This document shows positions 24,491-36,347 of a stretch of 64,000 bases of DNA, piece after piece; positions within the stretch are counted from its first letter, which is position 1; the number at the start of each line of letters is the position of its first letter. The stretch is from Callorhinchus milii (Eukaryota). Where the stretch lies: assembly GCF_018977255.1 (NCBI RefSeq), contig NW_024704743.1:87236001-87300000 (forward strand), written 5' to 3'. A program made the translations under genes and the position numbers. Below the pieces are notes generated by a model. The model was not told the origin of the DNA. It ran no database searches and saw only the letters and a program-made list of their open reading frames with translations.

Positions 24491-25129
24491 CTCTGATATG
24501 CATGTATACAGTTTGCTTGTAATTTTAAGCGTGAAAAGAATGCTATCTTAAAATGGCTGCAAGAAACTATTTACAGTATTGTCAAATTACTGGAATGAGT
24601 TGAGCTCAATGTCTCCATTTTTATTCCTAAGCTTATTTGTTTCAGCCTTATCTTTTGTAAAGTGCTGAGCAATTTTCATTTGTGTTATATTTTTTATGTG
24701 CATTTGGCTTTTTGGTATAATGCTCCCACTTATCCTCTTACCAATATCCCACTGCTTGTTCACCATCCTACCTGCGTGGATGTTGATTTGTAGGGTCAAC
24801 AGTGGGACACCGTGTGGGAAGATTCCCTGTTCCCAGCAACTTCTGTGCTTTTCTCAGTCATGCCAACCAGCTACCTGGCTAGTCTGTTATCAACAGTGTC
24901 TTGGAGTACTTTGAACCTGTATGGTTCAGGAACCAGACTACCATGACTGCTGCAGTGGATCAAGTCAATTGCAATATTCCATTGACATGCCCAACACTTT
25001 GAAGCTAGCTGAGACCCAAAGAGGCTTCTGCTTGATAAATATATCAGGTCAGATAAACCAAATAGCAGCTCTGCTTATGTGGTAGGTAACAAGGTAGGAG
25101 TAAGAAGTTAATGACATTAACACACGTGT

Positions 25130-25390
25130 CAGAGGTTTAACATGCTCGTAGTCCAGGCTAGCACTCCAGTGGAGTGCTGTGACAATGCTGGAGTGTCAGA
25201 GGTGCTATTTTTCAGCTGTGGCATTAAACTAAAACCCCATTTACTTGTTCAAATGGACTTGCAAGATCCCAAAATGCCATTTGAAAAGAGAAGGAAGTTT
25301 CTCCTTGTGTCCTGGCCAACAATCCTCCAGATAAAATTGGTCAGTTACTTCATCGCTGATTATGGGCTGTTGCTGTTCACAAATTGACCA
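25130..25390 (+). mobile_element. Deu-domain SINE, partial
   Basis: aggctagcactccagtggagtgctg..gtcagaggtgct..gatcccaaaatgccatttgaaaagagaagg..tgtcctggccaacaatcc. Confidence 0.75.
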
Positions 25391-25649
25391 CTTCTAAGAT
25401 GCAGGTGTTGAAATTAATAACAAAGTTATCTCAAATTTATTTTTAAGACTGTGATCCATAGTTGAGAAAGTTGCAGGTTGAGTGAAATCTTATTGTCAGC
25501 AAGAGAGATCCTGTGGTAAAATGGCCTATTGCAATTTACCCTTGTTGATGCTCTATTCTGTGATCAGCTACCTACTGAAGCCTCTTGAATTATATTTCAC
25601 CTAGTTTTAAATCTAGAGTAATTATAACCCAACTCAGGATTTGTTTCAC

Positions 25650-26735
25650 AAAATTCAAGAGATATTTAACTGAAAAAGAAAATAAGAGGAACAATGAAAT
25701 TGTATGAGAAAAGATTAGTGGGCAACATAAAAGGGAGCCTTAGGTTTTTATAAGCATATAAAGACTAAAAGGTTAATCAAAGGTAGCTTGGGTCCAATTA
25801 GGGACCAAAGAGGAAAGCTTTTTGTGAAGCAGAGGGCATGGCTGATGTACTGAATGAGTACTTTGCATCTGTCTTCACAAAAGAAGAGGATGTAGCCAAT
25901 GCCACAGTATCGGAGGAGAGGATAGAGAAATTGAATGAGATAAGAATAAACCAAGAGGAGGTACTAAAAAGGATGACTTGTGCTCAAGGTAGATAAGTCA
26001 CCCGGTCCAGACTGGATGCATCCTAGGTTACTGAGAAAAGTAAGGGTGGAAATAACAGAGGCTCAGGCCACAGTCTTTCAATCCTCCTTGAACACTAGGA
26101 TGGTGCCAGAGGACTGGAGGATTGCAAATGTTACTCCCCTGTACATAAAAGGGTCAGAAGGATAAACCGAGGAACTACAGGCCAGTCAGCCTAACGTGAG
26201 TAGCGGGGAAATTTCTAGTGACTATAATCTGGCACAAAATAAATTATCACTTAGAAAAATATGGGTTTATAAAGGACAGCCAACATGGGTTTATTAAACA
26301 CAAATCGTGTCCAACAAACCTGATAGAGTTTTTTGATAAAGTAACGAAGAATATGGATGAAGGTAGTATAATTGATGTAGTTTATATGGATTTTCAAAAG
26401 GCTTTTGATAAACTGCCACATAAGGGACTTGTAAGCAAAATAGAAGCCCACGGTATTAAAGGGACACAGAACTGGCTGGGAGACAGAAAGCAGAGTGTGG
26501 TGGTGAACGGTTGTTTTTGACTAGTGGGAAGTGTGCACTGGTGTCGCCCAGGGGTTGGTATTGGGACCATTGCTGCTTTTGATTTATATAATTAACCTGG
26601 ACTTGGGTATACGGAGTACAATTTCCACATTTGCAGATGATACAAGCTAGGAAAAGTAGTAAATAGTGAGGAGGATAGAAGCAGACTGGAAGAGGACATA
26701 GACAGACTGGTAAAATGGGCAGACTTATGGACACT
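25650..26735 (+). mobile_element. Decayed CR1 ORF2 (RT) fragment, sense orientation, with a detached 3' tail at 26864-26925
   Basis: DKSPGPDWMHPRLL, DWRIANVTPL, YMDFQKAFDKLPH and FADD across frameshifts and stops. Confidence 0.95.
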
Positions 26736-27277
26736 AGATGATGATACATCAATGTTTAATGCAAAATTTGAAATCACTGTTTTATTATTATTTACGGTCT
26801 TGCAGTGCTCACGCTGAAAAAAACAAATTTTAATTTACTTAGCATTCCTGTGGTACATATTCATGAGCCGGCAAAGACATGATGGGTCGAATGGCCTCCT
26901 TCTGTGCTGTATAATTCTATGATTTAGAGATTAAATCAATTGAGGGGTATGAGATATAGTGTTGAGTTTTGATATTTTTAAACTTCAGTATCGATCAGGT
27001 GAACTTGCAGTGATCATTTCAAATTCTATACACTCCTATGGTGCAGGAAGAATTGCTGAAATGTTCACAGGTTTGTTTATAGAGGTTTAGCTCAACCAAC
27101 CTTGAACTTCAACTGCTTCTTTTAGGGCTTCCAATTCATCACCCTGACACTCACACAAGTGGCACTCACCATCCAATCAATCAATGAAGAAAGAAGATCT
27201 ACAACTGAACCCACAACCCTCTGCCCTGTTCTATGCTAGCCACGTACATATCAGATCCGAACCTAAATGATACTTAA

Positions 27278-27575
27278 ATAATCCTTACATTTGAGATAGC
27301 ACCTTATCACATTGTCGAGCTGTCTCAAAGCGCTTCACAGAATATACCGTAAAATAGATTGACTGTGCATTTTGTGGACGAAACGCCGCAGCCAGTTGGA
27401 CATAGCAATGTTCCACAAATGGCTATAAGGTGATTGACCAATTTTAATAGGAGAAATTCTCTTTCTGAATAATGTCGTGGGATCTTTAACGTCCACCTAA
27501 ACAGGTAGATGGCACCTCGGTTTAATGTCTCATCTGAAGGATGGCACCTCTGACAATGCAACTCCTCCCACACCC
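27278..27575 (-). mobile_element. Deu-domain SINE lacking its head
   Basis: gggatctttaacgtccacctaaacaggtagatggcacctcggtttaatgtctcatctgaaggatggcacctctgacaatgca plus tail. Confidence 0.85.
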
Positions 27576-28219
27576 CTCCACACACACAAGTTACTGAAAT
27601 GGATTGATAGCTTTGACGATGTGATTCCACTCAGTGTTATTGGCAGTTCACACCTAAAGTTAATTACGATGAATGTACCAGGATTAACCCAAATTCATCC
27701 CATTGAAAAGGAAAGTAGCACTGTATTACTTTCCTTAAACTAACACAACAACAAGATTACATTTGTATAGCACCTTTCACGTCTGGAGGACGTCCCAATG
27801 CATTATGCACGTGGTTGCTAAAATACACTGTTGTTGTTAAATCAATGTGAAACATGAAACCTACGTACATAAATATCAATATCTCAAAGATGTCAAGTAA
27901 TAATCTCATTGTTTTTGCAGTGCTGTATAAATTGTGTAAATTGATCACAGTACCTTAAAGCAATACTGAACGATGACAACATACACATATTAAATAATAT
28001 TTACATGGCACGTGCTTTGTACATAGCATATAGATGTATACTATCAAAATGTGCATGCCATATGGAACAAAAAGGCATGATTTCATAGTGTTTCTGTACC
28101 AGTTATTTTATCCTGCTTCGCAGTAGATTATCCTCGCTGCAGAATGGAAGATTAGTGTGGAAGGGATAAATATTTAATCTCCTTCATTCAGTCATATGAT
28201 TCTTTTGCTTGTTGCTGGG

Positions 28220-28579
28220 CTGCGTGAGGAATCTCATCTTACTCTTTTGGTGATTTACTGCCATTTTGTTTCCATTCCCAGTTGTATGTCTGACCAAGTA
28301 ACCCTTTCCTGCCAGACCAGCTATTTTATGATCCGAGGAAACAAAATGCCTTGTGAGATGTTTGAGCATTAAACATTATGTTAATTTGGCCAGTCCCGCT
28401 TTGATAATTCTTGCCAGCTAAAGTGTTTTATACGATTAAAGTAGGTGTTATCTAAAGAGTCTAAATCTCTTTATTACCTAAGCAAGCCATGCGGTATACT
28501 GGAATATAACTGTTATATTTAGTAAATCCTGCCATTTGAGATGAGTGTTCAGGTTTTTTCAGGTGTCAGCTTTCGACTT
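28220..28579 (+). repeat. Segment A (about 360 bp), duplicated directly as A' at 29707-30067
   Basis: Long identical blocks such as ttccattcccagttgtatgtctgaccaagtaaccctttcctgccag and cgattaaagtaggtgttatctaaagagtctaaatctct. Roughly 85-90% identity by eye. Confidence 0.95.
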
Positions 28580-29192
28580 GGGGCCATTTAGGACTCCGAT
28601 AAAGACCATTTACTAAAGATAGGCCAACCTGAATTCTCTAGTCCAGTCAAAACACTACCCTGGATCAACTGTAAATCCAGTTGTTTCTCACCCATTACAC
28701 CACCAGAAAATCATACACTTTCACTTAGTAAAATTGACCTATTTAAAGGTGTGAAATTTTCCATAGTGTGGTCACTTCCTGCATTTAAAATGTAAATTAC
28801 AAGTTTCCAGCTCAGGTTACAAGTGAGGAAAAATGTTTTATGAAAACATTGCTGAAACTATAATTACGGCACCTAATTCATGCTAAAAGCTGAATAAGAC
28901 TGAAATCAACAAGAAATGTACCATTTTCTCCCATCTCTGGTGGTTACCAAAAATAGAGATATTTAATTGTTATCTGAGTGGTTGTAAGGACTATGTTCAG
29001 ATTTTGCATTTTTAGCAAATTCTACACAGAATGTTGCATTAAACAATAGCATATGCTCAATTTGTAGTTTTAGCCCAATTGTATTTTCCAAGGGCAGAAG
29101 TAAAAGAGAAGTCAAGTGGAGGACTCTCTACAGGGGCCTTGTCTGCAGTCTTCATATGCAATACATTATATGTTATATAATATTCTATATAG

Positions 29193-29499
29193 TAATAACT
29201 ATCCTTGCATTTGTTATAGCGCTTTTCACGTCTTCAAGACATCTCAAAATGCTTCACAGAATATACTGCAAAGTGAATTGCCTGTATATTTGTGGGCGAA
29301 ACGCTGTAGCCAATTGTGCACAGCAGTGTCCCACAAACAGTCATGGATTGAGTGACCAAATTGTCATTGGGTTTTTTTCTTGAGGGATTATTATCAGGCG
29401 TGTGAAGAAATAAAACTTACCCAAGGTTTCACCCTGCCAGGAATCGAACCCAAGTCTTTTACTTGCGAGGCGAATGCTCTAACCGCTGAGCTACAGGCC
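29193..29499 (-). mobile_element. Family-A SINE, full length
   Basis: Same architecture as 9041-9355; B-box ggttcgattcc on minus. Confidence 0.92.
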
Positions 29500-29574
29500 T
29501 TTGTATGTATACTTATGAATGGTATGTATACATACCGTCTGTGTATATACATATATTAATATGTATACATACAG

Positions 29575-30201
29575 TTTTATGTATAGTATTATTACTATTC
29601 TGGTTGTCTAGAATGAAGATCTTGGCAGTGAAACTGTCCAATGTACCACCCTCATCCTTGAGGCCAGAACTTCTCAATTTATCATAATAATATTCCTTGG
29701 ATTTGACTGTATGGGAAATCTTATCTTACTCTTTTGGTGATTTACAGTCATTTATTTTCCATTCCCAGTTGTATGTCTGACCAAGTAACCCTTTCCTGCC
29801 AGGGAGCTATTTTATGATCAGAGGAAACAAAATGCCTTGTGAGCCTTATGAGGATTAAACATTATGTTCATTTGGCCAGTCCCGCTTTGATACTTCTTGC
29901 CAGCTAAAGTGTTTTATGCGATTAAAGTAGGTGTTATCTAAAGAGTCTAAATCTCTTCATTACCTAAGCAAGCTGTGCATTACATTGGAGTTTAGCTGTT
30001 TATATTTAGTAAATCCTGCCATTTGAGATGAGCATTTAGTTTTTTTTCAGGTTTCAGCTTTCGACTTTTATATATAATTAATATCACTATTCTGGGTGTC
30101 CAGATTGAAGATCTAGGCTGTTAAAATGTCCAATGCCCCCATTCTCATCCTAGAAGATAAAACTTCTCAATTTATCATAATAATATTCCTTGGATTTGAC
30201 T
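29575..30201 (+). repeat. B-A'-B' complex duplication (B 29575-29708, A' 29707-30067, B' 30066-30201)
   Basis: B and B' share actattctgg..gaagatct..tgtccaatg..ctcatcct..aacttctcaatttatcataataatattccttggatttgact. Confidence 0.93.
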
Positions 30202-30815
30202 TATCAACATGTTAAAACATCTCAAAATTTTTCACAAGATTACAGTACGCGTGACTAAATTTGTAGGTGAATGCTTCTGTCAGTTTGCACACAGCAATGT
30301 CCCACAACCAGTCATGAAGTGCTAGATCCCTGTTAATTGAACTTAGCTGAAGTGATTAGATAAATTTGACCTTATCATTCTTCCAGTTACAGCTGATAAA
30401 GTGTTCTTGTCTGTTAGACTTGTTAGATATGTCAGACATTATTAAAGTCTGTTTCATTTAAACATTTGCTTGAATTTTCATCTAACAATTGAAGTATTTA
30501 TTGTCTCCACCAGACAAATCACTATGATAATCAAAATATGTTTAGAATTCAAATATGTGTGCATGCATTGTTATTTCAGTCCAAATTACATTTGAGATTA
30601 TGCTTTTAAAATTCTGAATTGAATTTCCGTTTTATTACCAACACAATAGTGTTGCTCCCTGTTGGGAACTCTGTTAATAGCAAATTGACAATTAACAAAA
30701 GGGTCAAGAAGAAGTTGGGCAAGCAGTACAAAGAGACATTGGGAGTGCGACACAGTGTGTGGTTTTACAATGGTGGATTATTGAGAGTTTGGATTGACAA
30801 ATAAAGAAGCTTTGT

Positions 30816-31128
30816 GGAGTTCTGTTGCTCAGTGGTTAGAGCACTCGCCTCACAAGTGAGAGACCTTGGTTTGATTCCTGGCAGGGAGAAACCTTGGGCA
30901 AGTTTCCTTACTCCACATGCCTGATAATAATCCCTCAAGAAAAAAGCAATAATAAAATTGGTCACTTCAATCCATGACTGTTTGTGGGACACTGCTGTGC
31001 GCAATTCGCTGCTACGTTTCACCCACAAATATACAATCAATTCACTTCACAATATATACTGTGAAGCGCTTTGAGGCGTCTAGAAAACGTGAAAAGCACT
31101 ATATCAAATGCAAGGATTATTATTATTA
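30816..31128 (+). mobile_element. Family-A SINE, full length
   Basis: gctcagtggttagagcactcgcctcacaagtgagagacc.. head; aaatgcaagga(tta)n tail. Confidence 0.92.
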
Positions 31129-32892
31129 AGCTGCTAACACACTCTTGATTTAGATCAAGGTACATTACATTACCTATCGCCAATGTCAATTATTGAACTG
31201 TTAATGGGATTTCAATCCATTGCATGATTGAACGGGGTGGGGGGAGGGAGTGGGACATTAAACTGAAATATGTACAATCCATGAATTTATATCTCTTCTG
31301 AGTTTTGCTTTTCTCTTTTAATAGCTACAACAACAAAAATAACAACAGCTTGCATTCATACAGTTCATACAGGGTAGTGCCTTGGATCGCTTAATAGTGG
31401 AGGAGCTTGATGGAGCTTGTGCTTGGCAGAGTTTTTGTGGAGCTAAATGGATAATGATTTTTTCTGTTTTCTAAATCTCTTTTGAAAGAACAAAATTGAT
31501 CTCATCACAAAGTACTTTTGTTTATGATTCAAGTGCTGAGTAAACTGCTTCAGCTACTGCTTAAATGCCGCATCTCCAACTGGCGAAACCATTGCTCAAT
31601 GGGAAGAGACATGTGTCCGAGCTGTGGGCAGGTGGATGATGAATTGCCTACCAAGATGCTTGCAGGGATTTCCTGTTTCTTACCATCCACCTAGTAACGA
31701 CTCAAACCTGTGCTTATCAAATGTCAAATGAGCAACTAGTTACTATCTTCCTTGGGGGGAGGAAGCAAGGTCTCCTTGGTGCTGAACTGGTTCCAAGGTG
31801 ACAAATTTGTCCAATGAATGTCAGAATCGGTAGTCCAGTTCCTGAGCCATTGCTTTGGTAATGAAAAGATTTAGATTCTTTAGATAATTTCATGGTAGAT
31901 CTTGTGAAGCACTTTGACACGTCTTTCTGACTTGATAAGGTGCTATACCCAATGCAAGGATTATTTTTATTACAACACTTTAGCTGCCAACACTAGCCAT
32001 AGAAGCTTATATATAAATGTGCTGGAGAGTGATAATAAAATGCTTTCAGAAAGAAGAAAGGGACAAAACAAGCTTTTATTCTAGATTTTAATTGGTGTAC
32101 AGATGTTGTAGCTGCTGATACATGCTGTGCCAACAGTTGACTGAAAGATAGATGGTAGAATTACTCAAACTACTTTCACTGGTGCTAAAGCCAGCACAAA
32201 AAGTAAACCTAGAACCGTACTTTCGGATGCACTAAGATAGTAGAACTGGAGGGCATACGGTTAAGGGTGTAAAGGGCAATTTCGGGAAAGATACCAGAAA
32301 GTTTTTTTTACACAGAGGATGATTAAAGCCAGAAATAGGTTGCAGTAGGGTAGGTGAGGCTAGGACACCGAATGTTTAAATAATTCTTGCACTTGATGAG
32401 GCACCTTTCACATTGGAAAGACATCTCAAAGAGCTTCATAGGATTCATTGTAAAGTGTAGTGAATATATATTTTATATACATTCTATGTATTATGTATCA
32501 GCTTGACAGTCAATTTGTGCATAGCAATCATGCAAATCTCTGTTTCACTGGAAAAGCAAGGAAAGATGTGGAGAATCCTACAGCTGTTGTACTGTGGTCA
32601 ATATGATTGAGCTGTTTCATTATTTTGGGTCTTTGGAATTTTATTTCTACGTTGCTCCCCCTACCATCTTCTTGCTCAGTCACAAGGTGGAATAGTTACT
32701 TGTAGTTACTAAAGCAGGGTAGGGGACTCTCTCAATTATTGTCTCTCTTTTAGAAAGAAAGTACAACATTTTAATTGTGCTATTATACACACATATTTTA
32801 CACCCACAAAACTAATGTGAGTTTGCCAAATGATTTTTTAAAATTAATTCCCTGTTTAACTTTTCTGCCCGGCTCATGCGCTTGTAATTGTG

Positions 32893-33333
32893 TTTCAGCC
32901 TGGCTCAGTGGTTGTACTTTTGCTTCTGAGTCAGAAGGTTGTGGGTTCAAGTCCCATTCAGGACTTGAACTCACATAATCTAAACTGACACTTCAATGCA
33001 GTGCTGTGGGTGTGTTGCATTGTCGGAGGTTCCGTCCTTCACAAGAGGTGTTAAACCAAGGTCCTGTCTGCCTGTTCAGGTGGACATTAAAGATCCCAAG
33101 GTAATCTTCGAAAAGAGAAGGGAGTTTCTCCCAGTGTCCTGGCCAACAATCCCTCAATAAAATTGGTCACTTAATCCATGGCTGTTTGTAGGGCATTGCT
33201 GTGTGCAAATTTGCTGCCGCCTTTCACCACAAAACATCCAGTCACGCCACTTCACCGTAAATCCTGTGAAGCGCTTTGGGATGCCCTCCCAACATGAAAG
33301 GCGCTATACGACATGCAAGGATTATTATTATTA
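32893..33333 (+). mobile_element. Deu-domain tRNA SINE, full length (SacSINE1/AmnSINE1-like core)
   Basis: tggctcagtgg..tgagtcagaaggttgtgggttcaagtccc head, tgtcggaggt..gttaaaccaaggtcctgtctgcctgttcaggtggacattaaagatccca core, (tta)n tail. Confidence 0.9.
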
Positions 33334-34440
33334 TCTTATGCAAAAGAGGAAATGGCTTCATGAAATGCTTGTGACACTGGGTGCATAATATTGATTCAAC
33401 AACAACAATCACTCAATATCACACAGGGTTAACACCTACAACATCTGATTTTAATTGATGAACATTTGTCTTTAACATGAAATATCGAAACAGATGTTTC
33501 ATACATAAAAAAGAAATTAATTGACTCCTCACATCTGTGCCTCTGATACCTGTTGTTCTCAGTCACTTTATTATTAAACTCACTTCCCAACTCTCTCTTC
33601 ATTATCCCTTGAAGTTGTTTTTTGGGGTTGGACATTAGTGTTTGGAAATAGAATGTCTATACATTTCAGGCACCAAATGTCAGTGTCAAACATTCCCATG
33701 TCAGACATAGCTAGACACCTTAAGGCTAATATGAAGTCCACCCCAGCAATGTGCTATAACCTCAATTTCTGAACTGAACCTGTGATTGCAGATTTCTGTT
33801 TCCCACACCAGCTGTCCTGATGGCTGGACTAAGTGAGATGGCCTATTTAATAACACTTATTGTCAGACTAAGAACATTTTTTGTGCTGTGGGTCTGCATC
33901 AATTTGTAACTCAATTACAGGGTCCACCCTTTCTATTTTTCAATAGGAGCCACTGAATAGTGATAAGGAGCATAAATATTGGTTGGTTTTGCTCCCTTTT
34001 TAGCTTACGGTCACAAAGCCCAACTGGACCATTTTCATTCTTTAATAATGAATTCCATTAAATTCCCATCAACTTGTCAGAAATTTCTTCTAGAAGTACA
34101 TGGTGTTGAACCAAGTTTTCATAGGTCCGTATGACTCAATTACATTAGTATGCATTCCTTACTAAGGAATCCTGTTTAAAAACTATTGTGAAACAGGCCC
34201 TACAATTGCAATTTGTCTACATTTTTAAGAGAGCCTTGTTTTATAGTCAGGTTAAAGTGAATTTATACACAAACTAAAGAGAATCACAATTCAGCACCAT
34301 TGCAAATAAAATGAAATGACTCCCTTTTATCTTTCGTGATTGGGACACGGTGTGAAATGTCCAGAATTCACAATCTCCTTGACCCTTTCCTTTGCTCTGC
34401 TGTTACCAGCCGATTCCATGTCCCCCAATCAATACTCCCT

Positions 34441-34730
34441 ACAACAACAACAACAACAACAAGATTCCATTTATACCATCAGCGGACAGGCTTTCAGCCA
34501 CTTGCACCCACTCTGTGGAACTCAATTCCTATATCCATCTGACTTTTTCCCTCCCCTCTTTCAGGTATGTCTTAAAGCAGACCTATCGACTGTGCTTTTG
34601 GTCATATTTCCCCTCTTCAGCCCCCTCCCCTCCAGCTATCACTCTCAGCTCCATTGAACAGTCAGAATTGTGAAGTGCTTTTGAATGTCCTCCCAATGAG
34701 AAGGACTCTATGTAAGTGTCATTTTTATTG
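34441..34730 (+). mobile_element. (ACA)7 run followed by an L2 3' fragment
   Basis: accatcagcggacaggctttcagccacttgcacccactctgtggaactc..gactgtgcttttggtca..tgtgaagtgcttt. Confidence 0.7.
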
Positions 34731-34945
34731 TATTTATCCAGACCCACAAATTATTTAACCTTTTCAAAGCATGTTTATTATAGACATAACATTCGGATTC
34801 ATGTGTATGGTTGTTCTGATAAGATGCAAGAATCTCTGTGAGGAGTATTAATTTCTAAACATAACTGAGGGAGCTGAATCACAGAAGCTTTTCTAAGATT
34901 GTTCCTCTCCTTCTGCTCCCACTTCTGTATGACACTGAAGAAAAG

Positions 34946-35146
34946 GTTGCCTGGTAACTGCTGTGAGGTGCCTAGCAGATATGTGTCAGCCTGTCTGCTT
35001 TGGGTATTTCAGGGAAATGCAGCGTCCTTGAATGAAGGACGATGAAGTTACTGAATGACGTCAGTGAAAAAAAAACTAGGAACATCGCTAAATTGGAGCA
35101 GTGAATCTGCGTTGTTATTGTGCATTCAGTGTCTTTGAGACGTCAC
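34946..35146 (+). promoter_or_regulatory. Motif cluster: RFX X-box, palindromic CRE and a second near-CRE
   Basis: GTTGCCTGGTAAC at 34946-34958 fits GTNRCC-N-RGYAAC. TGACGTCA at 35056-35063. GACGTCAC at 35139-35146. The segment does not look repeat-derived. Confidence 0.35.
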
Positions 35147-35147
35147 G

Positions 35148-35161
35148 ATGATGTACACAGA
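35148..35161 (+). CDS. Candidate coding end of an alternative first exon (MMYT + E at the junction)
   Basis: ATG ATG TAC ACA GA|gtgagt is phase 2, so GA+A = Glu in frame with exon 60995. It follows an in-frame TGA and lies downstream of RFX and CRE motifs. Confidence 0.22.
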
Positions 35162-35544
35162 GTGAGTTTAGGAGATAGATGTGGTGACGAGTATGTCTCC
35201 AGTGAGCTCCTTATGAAGATGACTATGAAGACATCAGATTGAAAAGCTGTCAGCAGTTGCCACCAGTTGTGAAGCTGCCACCTATCACTGAGCATGATAA
35301 CACTTGGTATCAAAGTGTCAACAAATGAAAAGAAGGCCTCAGAGAGGGAAGCAAAAAAAGCTTGGTCTGGTGCCAGCTATTGCGATCTGAACCATGATTT
35401 TCGTAACCAGAGTTGCAGATAGCTAGTGCTGCAGGTAAGAGTATCATGACAATCTGTGGGAATTCCACTCTGGAATTGGATTGCATCAGAGTGTATTTCC
35501 CAGTAATCGGTATAATAAAACCTTGCATTTGATATACACTGTCC

Positions 35545-35690
35545 ATAGAACCATACAAATTTACAGCACAGAGGAAGGCCATTCAGCCCATCACGTCCGC
35601 ACCATCTCTTTTAAGAATAGCCCTTTCAGTCCCATTTACCTGCCCTTTCCTCATACCGCTATAGTTTGCTTCTCTTCATATATGCAGTGA
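35545..35690 (-). mobile_element. CR1 3' UTR fragment
   Basis: catagaaccatacaaatttacagcacagaggaaggccattcagcccatc. Confidence 0.8.
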
Positions 35691-35751
35691 ATGATCAATT
35701 TTATTGGTGTGATTGGGGTGCAATTAACAGACACCAGCAGATATTTTTATT

Positions 35752-36347
35752 TAAGAACATAAGAACATAAGAATTAGGAGCAGGAGTAGCCCATTCGGCC
35801 CTTCGTGCCTGCTCCACCATTCAATAAGATCATGGCTGATCTTCTCACCTAACTCTGATTACCTGCCCTATCCCCATATCCCCTAATCTCTCTATTTTTC
35901 AAGAATCTATCAGTCTCAGCCTTGAAAATGTTCAAGGACTGAGCATCTACAGCCTTCTGGGGTAGTGAATTCCATAAGTTCACTACCCTCTGAGTGAAGA
36001 AATGTTTCCTCAACTCTGTTCGAAAAGGCTGACCCTTAATTTTAAGACTGTGACCCCTGGTTATAGATTCTCCTACCAGGGGAAACAGTCCCTCAGTGTC
36101 TACTTTATCAGCCCTTTAAGAATCTTATAAGTTTCAATAAGAACCCCCCTAATTCTTCTGTACTCTAGAGAATACAGCCCTAGTTTATTCAGCCTATCCT
36201 CATAGGTCAGTCTACTCATCCCAGGAACTAACCGAGTGAATCTATGCTGCACCCCCTCGAGGGCAAGTATGTCCTTTTTTAAATAAGGAGACCAAAACTG
36301 AACACAATACTCTAGGTGCGGTCTCACCAAAGCCCTATACAGTTGCA
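35752..36347 (-). mobile_element. Young 5'-truncated CR1 of the same subfamily as 5976-7449
   Basis: (taagaaca)n tail, [33 protein letters not shown]; roughly 95% identical by eye to 5976-6575. Confidence 0.97.

Noticed and set aside
28220..30067. A and A' as the two LTRs of a small LTR element (TRIM)
   Set aside because: No clear TG..CA ends, PBS, polypurine tract or 4-6 bp TSD. The flanking B/B' duplication fits template switching better.
30816..30890. tRNA gene (Val-like) at SINE heads, also near 9290-9355, 29430-29499 and 55240-55310
   Set aside because: Each continues into a SINE body and (tta)n tail, and the copies carry different stem mutations. They are SINE heads rather than tRNA genes.
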